Below are positions 47,347 to 50,078 of a stretch of DNA of 50,078 nucleotides, in pieces. Position numbers and translations under genes: made by a program. The stretch's first letter is position 1, and each line of letters starts with the position of its first letter. Source of the DNA: Lentimonas sp. (GTDB lineage Bacteria; Pseudomonadota; Alphaproteobacteria; Rickettsiales; UBA1997); contig JBLHVR010000003.1 in NCBI GenBank assembly GCA_047628655.1, forward strand, positions 1 to 50,078, read 5' to 3'. Below the pieces are notes generated by a model. That model ran no database searches. It was not told the origin of the DNA and was given only the letters and a program-made list of their open reading frames with translations.

Positions 47347-49518
47347 TTAAAATCCAATAGAAACACCAATTCTAGCGGTCATTGGTTTTCCAGGTCTTAA
47401 GCCTGCTGGCCTTAAAGAAACCGCATATTGACGATCAAAAACATTATCCACTGCCACAAAAATCTTGCGGTCTTTTTGAAATTCATAAAATGCTGAAAAA
47501 TCAGTTATAAAGTGAGCTGGGATCTTCTTATCCTTAGGAATTTCTCCAGTTCCAGCCTCTGCCCTCATTGCATCAACAAATTTATTGGAAAGGTAAAAAG
47601 CAAAATCTCCGACTTCAATTCCGGCATTCAATCCGAATTGATGCTCGGCAATGTAAGGCAGTTTATCGCCTTTTTCAACATCTCCCCATTCTGAAATTCC
47701 GCCTTTAAAGCTACTACCAAATTCTGCGTGATTAAATGTGTAAGAAACGCTAATTGGGAATTTGAATGATTGCTTTAAAATGTTAGCTTTTAAATCAATT
47801 CCAGCCGCAACTTCCAAACCATAAGCCGTCACTTCTCCGCCATTGAATTGGTCACCACTTCCCGTTCCTCCGACAGACGCAGTATCGGTGCCAAGCAAAT
47901 TGCTGTAATCATTGTAAAAAACGACAGATTCGAAGAACTTAACTTTGTCTTTAAAGCGCAAACCTAATTCATAATTTACTGATTCTTCCGCATCAGCATT
48001 ACTATTTGAAGGTGAAGGAGGTGCAAATCCTTTATGAACTCCACCAAAAACAGCAAAATTTTCGGTTAGTAAATAGCTAGAAGCAATCCCAGGAATAATT
48101 TGATCTTCACTATTTTCGGAAAATTTATTATTAATGTAATCAGTACTTGTAGTACGAAGATTCTCGTAACGAATTCCAGGAATAATGGTTAATTGACCCA
48201 AAATAATTTCATCTTCTAGGAAAATAGAAAAAGCATCAGCTTTTGCTAACTTAACTTCCGAACCTGGAGTTCCCGGGGCGCTTAGTTGAATTTGTCCCGA
48301 TGTCATAGTGTAGGTGTCAGAATGTTGAGAGCGAAATTCCTCATCTGTGTGATATCTAGCGCCATATTCTAAATTATGTCTAACATTTCCAACTTTTAAT
48401 TCATTTTTGAAATTAGACTGAATTCCTTGCGAAACATATTGGCGGTTATTGTTTTTAACGCTTAAATTTCCATCTACGATTCCTTTAAGAGTGTTTAAAT
48501 CTGTCAGATCAGTTTTAATAAAAGCATCAGCAATTTTATTGCCATTAACTCTATCTAATTTATACCAATTACGATCAAATTCATTGCGATACACAGTCGT
48601 GGTAACATTAAAATCATCCGTTGGCTCAATATAATGACTCATTTGATATTGCCTGTGCTGAGCATCCATCTCATCTAAAGCGCTAGCTTTGTATCTGCGA
48701 TATGGATTTTCATTAAAATCTGCCAAAGACAGACCTACATAAGTTTCATTTGAAATTTCGTCATTCATAGCAATCTTGAATTCTAAATGCTGGTAAATAT
48801 CAGCATCATCTTCAGTCTTAAGCCTAAATTTTCCCATAAAATCATTAAGCTCGTATCCAGTATCTCCACCACCATCAAGCTCTTTAAACCCATCGGAAGA
48901 TGAATGATCAAAATTCACCACATAACCAAAATGCTTACCCAAAGTACCATAATTAAAGTTTAAATTCTTTTCACCGAAACTGCCAATTGAAGCTTTAAAA
49001 TTTCCTTTAGCAGAATCTGGAATTGGCGTAGTAAGCAAATTCAAAGCTCCAGAAGTAGTTCTCGGACCATATTTTATTGCACTTGATCCTTTACGAACTT
49101 CAATTCCTTTAACTCTTCCCATTGAAGGAAAATAATAAGCATCCGGTGCTGAATAAGGAGCAGGAGCTATCAAAACCCCATCTTCCATTAAAGTAATATC
49201 CGCACTTCTATTACTCCTTCCACCACGAAGCCCAATATTAGGACGCAAACCATATCCATCCTCTTCAGTAATATTGACACCAGGAATTTCACGAACTAAC
49301 CGATTAATATCAAAAGATTGTTTTTTCTCAATATCTTCCGGACTGACATAACTTGCAGATCCAGCAAAATTAACTGGAATTTGATATTGAACATTAGATT
49401 CATCGTCAGATTTTTCTTTAACCACAATAGTTGTTAAAGTTGTAGTTTTAGCAAAAGAATGGGCGGAACTTAAGGATAAAATTAAAATTGAGGCCGTAGA
49501 TAGTTTTGAAAAATTCAT
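47347..49518 (-). CDS. TonB-dependent receptor (FecA-like iron uptake family)
   Basis: Signal peptide, TonB-box-like TIVV, plug IPGV...EEDGYGLRPNIGLRG...EDG..APAPY, IEVRKG....YGP...G.LN, C-terminal aromatic F. Confidence 0.92.
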   Translation of the reverse strand: MNFSKLSTASILILSLSSAHSFAKTTTLTTIVVKEKSDDESNVQYQIPVNFAGSASYVSPEDIEKKQSFDINRLVREIPGVNITEEDGYGLRPNIGLRGGRSNRSADITLMEDGVLIAPAPYSAPDAYYFPSMGRVKGIEVRKGSSAIKYGPRTTSGALNLLTTPIPDSAKGNFKASIGSFGEKNLNFNYGTLGKHFGYVVNFDHSSSDGFKELDGGGDTGYELNDFMGKFRLKTEDDADIYQHLEFKIAMNDEISNETYVGLSLADFNENPYRRYKASALDEMDAQHRQYQMSHYIEPTDDFNVTTTVYRNEFDRNWYKLDRVNGNKIADAFIKTDLTDLNTLKGIVDGNLSVKNNNRQYVSQGIQSNFKNELKVGNVRHNLEYGARYHTDEEFRSQHSDTYTMTSGQIQLSAPGTPGSEVKLAKADAFSIFLEDEIILGQLTIIPGIRYENLRTTSTDYINNKFSENSEDQIIPGIASSYLLTENFAVFGGVHKGFAPPSPSNSNADAEESVNYELGLRFKDKVKFFESVVFYNDYSNLLGTDTASVGGTGSGDQFNGGEVTAYGLEVAAGIDLKANILKQSFKFPISVSYTFNHAEFGSSFKGGISEWGDVEKGDKLPYIAEHQFGLNAGIEVGDFAFYLSNKFVDAMRAEAGTGEIPKDKKIPAHFITDFSAFYEFQKDRKIFVAVDNVFDRQYAVSLRPAGLRPGKPMTARIGVSIGF

Positions 49519-49569
49519 TGTTAGTCGTAAAAATTTAGTTACTTAAATATGTGCTCGATTTCAAAAAAC

Positions 49570-49588
49570 GATATTGATAATCATTATC
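49570..49588. promoter_or_regulatory. Fur box
   Basis: GATATTGATAATCATTATC matches the canonical GATAATGATAATCATTATC at 18/19 positions and lies ~50 bp upstream of the receptor start codon. Confidence 0.85.
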
Positions 49589-49741
49589 ATTTTAATTGTA
49601 AAGATTCTTTTAAAGAAATTGCATTAATATAACTTATTAATGCTCAAGATTATTATTGTTGCTGGATATGTGATTGCTTGTTTTTGTTGGATATGCGGTT
49701 GTTTGTTTTTGCAAATTATCTGAAAAAATATAACCACACCC

Positions 49742-49775
49742 TTGTAAAGGTCACCGAATTCGGTGACCTTTACAA
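49742..49775. repeat. 34-bp perfect loop-less palindrome
   Basis: TTGTAAAGGTCACCGAA|TTCGGTGACCTTTACAA; all 17 pairs checked. Confidence 0.93.
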
Positions 49776-49891
49776 TACTACTTTCATCTCACTACGCTTA
49801 AGAATTTAAAAAGCTAATTTCACTTTATTTGATTCGATCCTTATTATTTATTATTCGGTGATTAAATTATTAATATTTAAATTGGTTTTAA

Positions 49892-50078
49892 TAGAAATGC
49901 CCCCCGCATTTCAGACCACTAATTTTTAATTTTTCTTAGACTTTTTACCTCAAATATTTATCAATATTTACAAACTTAATTTGAGGTTAAAAATGTCAAA
50001 ACAACTAAAAAAATACAATTCAGATTTTAAACTAAAAGTAGCTTTAGAGTATCTTTCGGGTGGATTCACAATTTTCCA
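49892..50078 (+). mobile_element. Left end of a second IS3-family element (transposase OrfA starts at 49993 and runs off the window)
   Basis: GAGG RBS, then MSKQLKKYNSDFKLKVALEYLSGGFTIF, the IS3 OrfA KKY..EFKL.VA pattern. An IR-like TAGAAATGCCCCCCGCATTTCAGACCA lies upstream; the partner IR is outside the window. Confidence 0.7.

Noticed and set aside
5289-48634. Numerous short antisense or nested ORFs in the track (e.g. 5289, 5728, 7301, 8681, 11425, 39104, 40328, 46885)
   Set aside because: All lie inside well-supported genes. The GFFS repeat ORF at 46885 is simply the antisense of the TonB VNTR.
49742-49775. BirA operator (TTGTAAACC-N16-GGTTTACAA spacing)
   Set aside because: Only 7/9 per arm, the spacer is itself fully palindromic, and no biotin gene is adjacent.

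Overview
AT-rich, gene-dense chromosomal window of an alphaproteobacterium, most likely a basal or metabolically rich Rickettsiales lineage. That placement rests on a DUF2706/RvhB7-like lipoprotein, an alphaproteobacterial rluD-rpoH pair and Rickettsiales-type hypotheticals alongside intact argH, purC, tyrA, bioF/bioC, ribE/ribB, ispG and lpxC. Most of the window is housekeeping genes in shuffled order, plus tRNA-Gln(TTG) and tRNA-Gly(GCC). Accessory or odd elements: (1) a decayed IS3 element with intact terminal inverted repeats at the left end and the start of a second IS3 transposase at the right end; (2) an exported phytochelatin-synthase-like protease; (3) an orphan CheD/CNF1-like deamidase candidate inside a housekeeping run; (4) a shattered ~3.8 kb multi-AAA+ (midasin/dynein-like) pseudogene; (5) a 54-aa VirB7/RvhB7-like lipoprotein missed by the ORF track and detached from any vir operon; (6) a TyrA with an apparently duplicated C-terminal domain; (7) a degenerate stand-alone MrpD/NuoL-like subunit; (8) a Fur-boxed TonB receptor-tonB-exbB-exbD operon; (9) two loop-less perfect palindromes. 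No CRISPR array or rRNA was seen. All family calls come from motif recognition by eye, and no searches were run.
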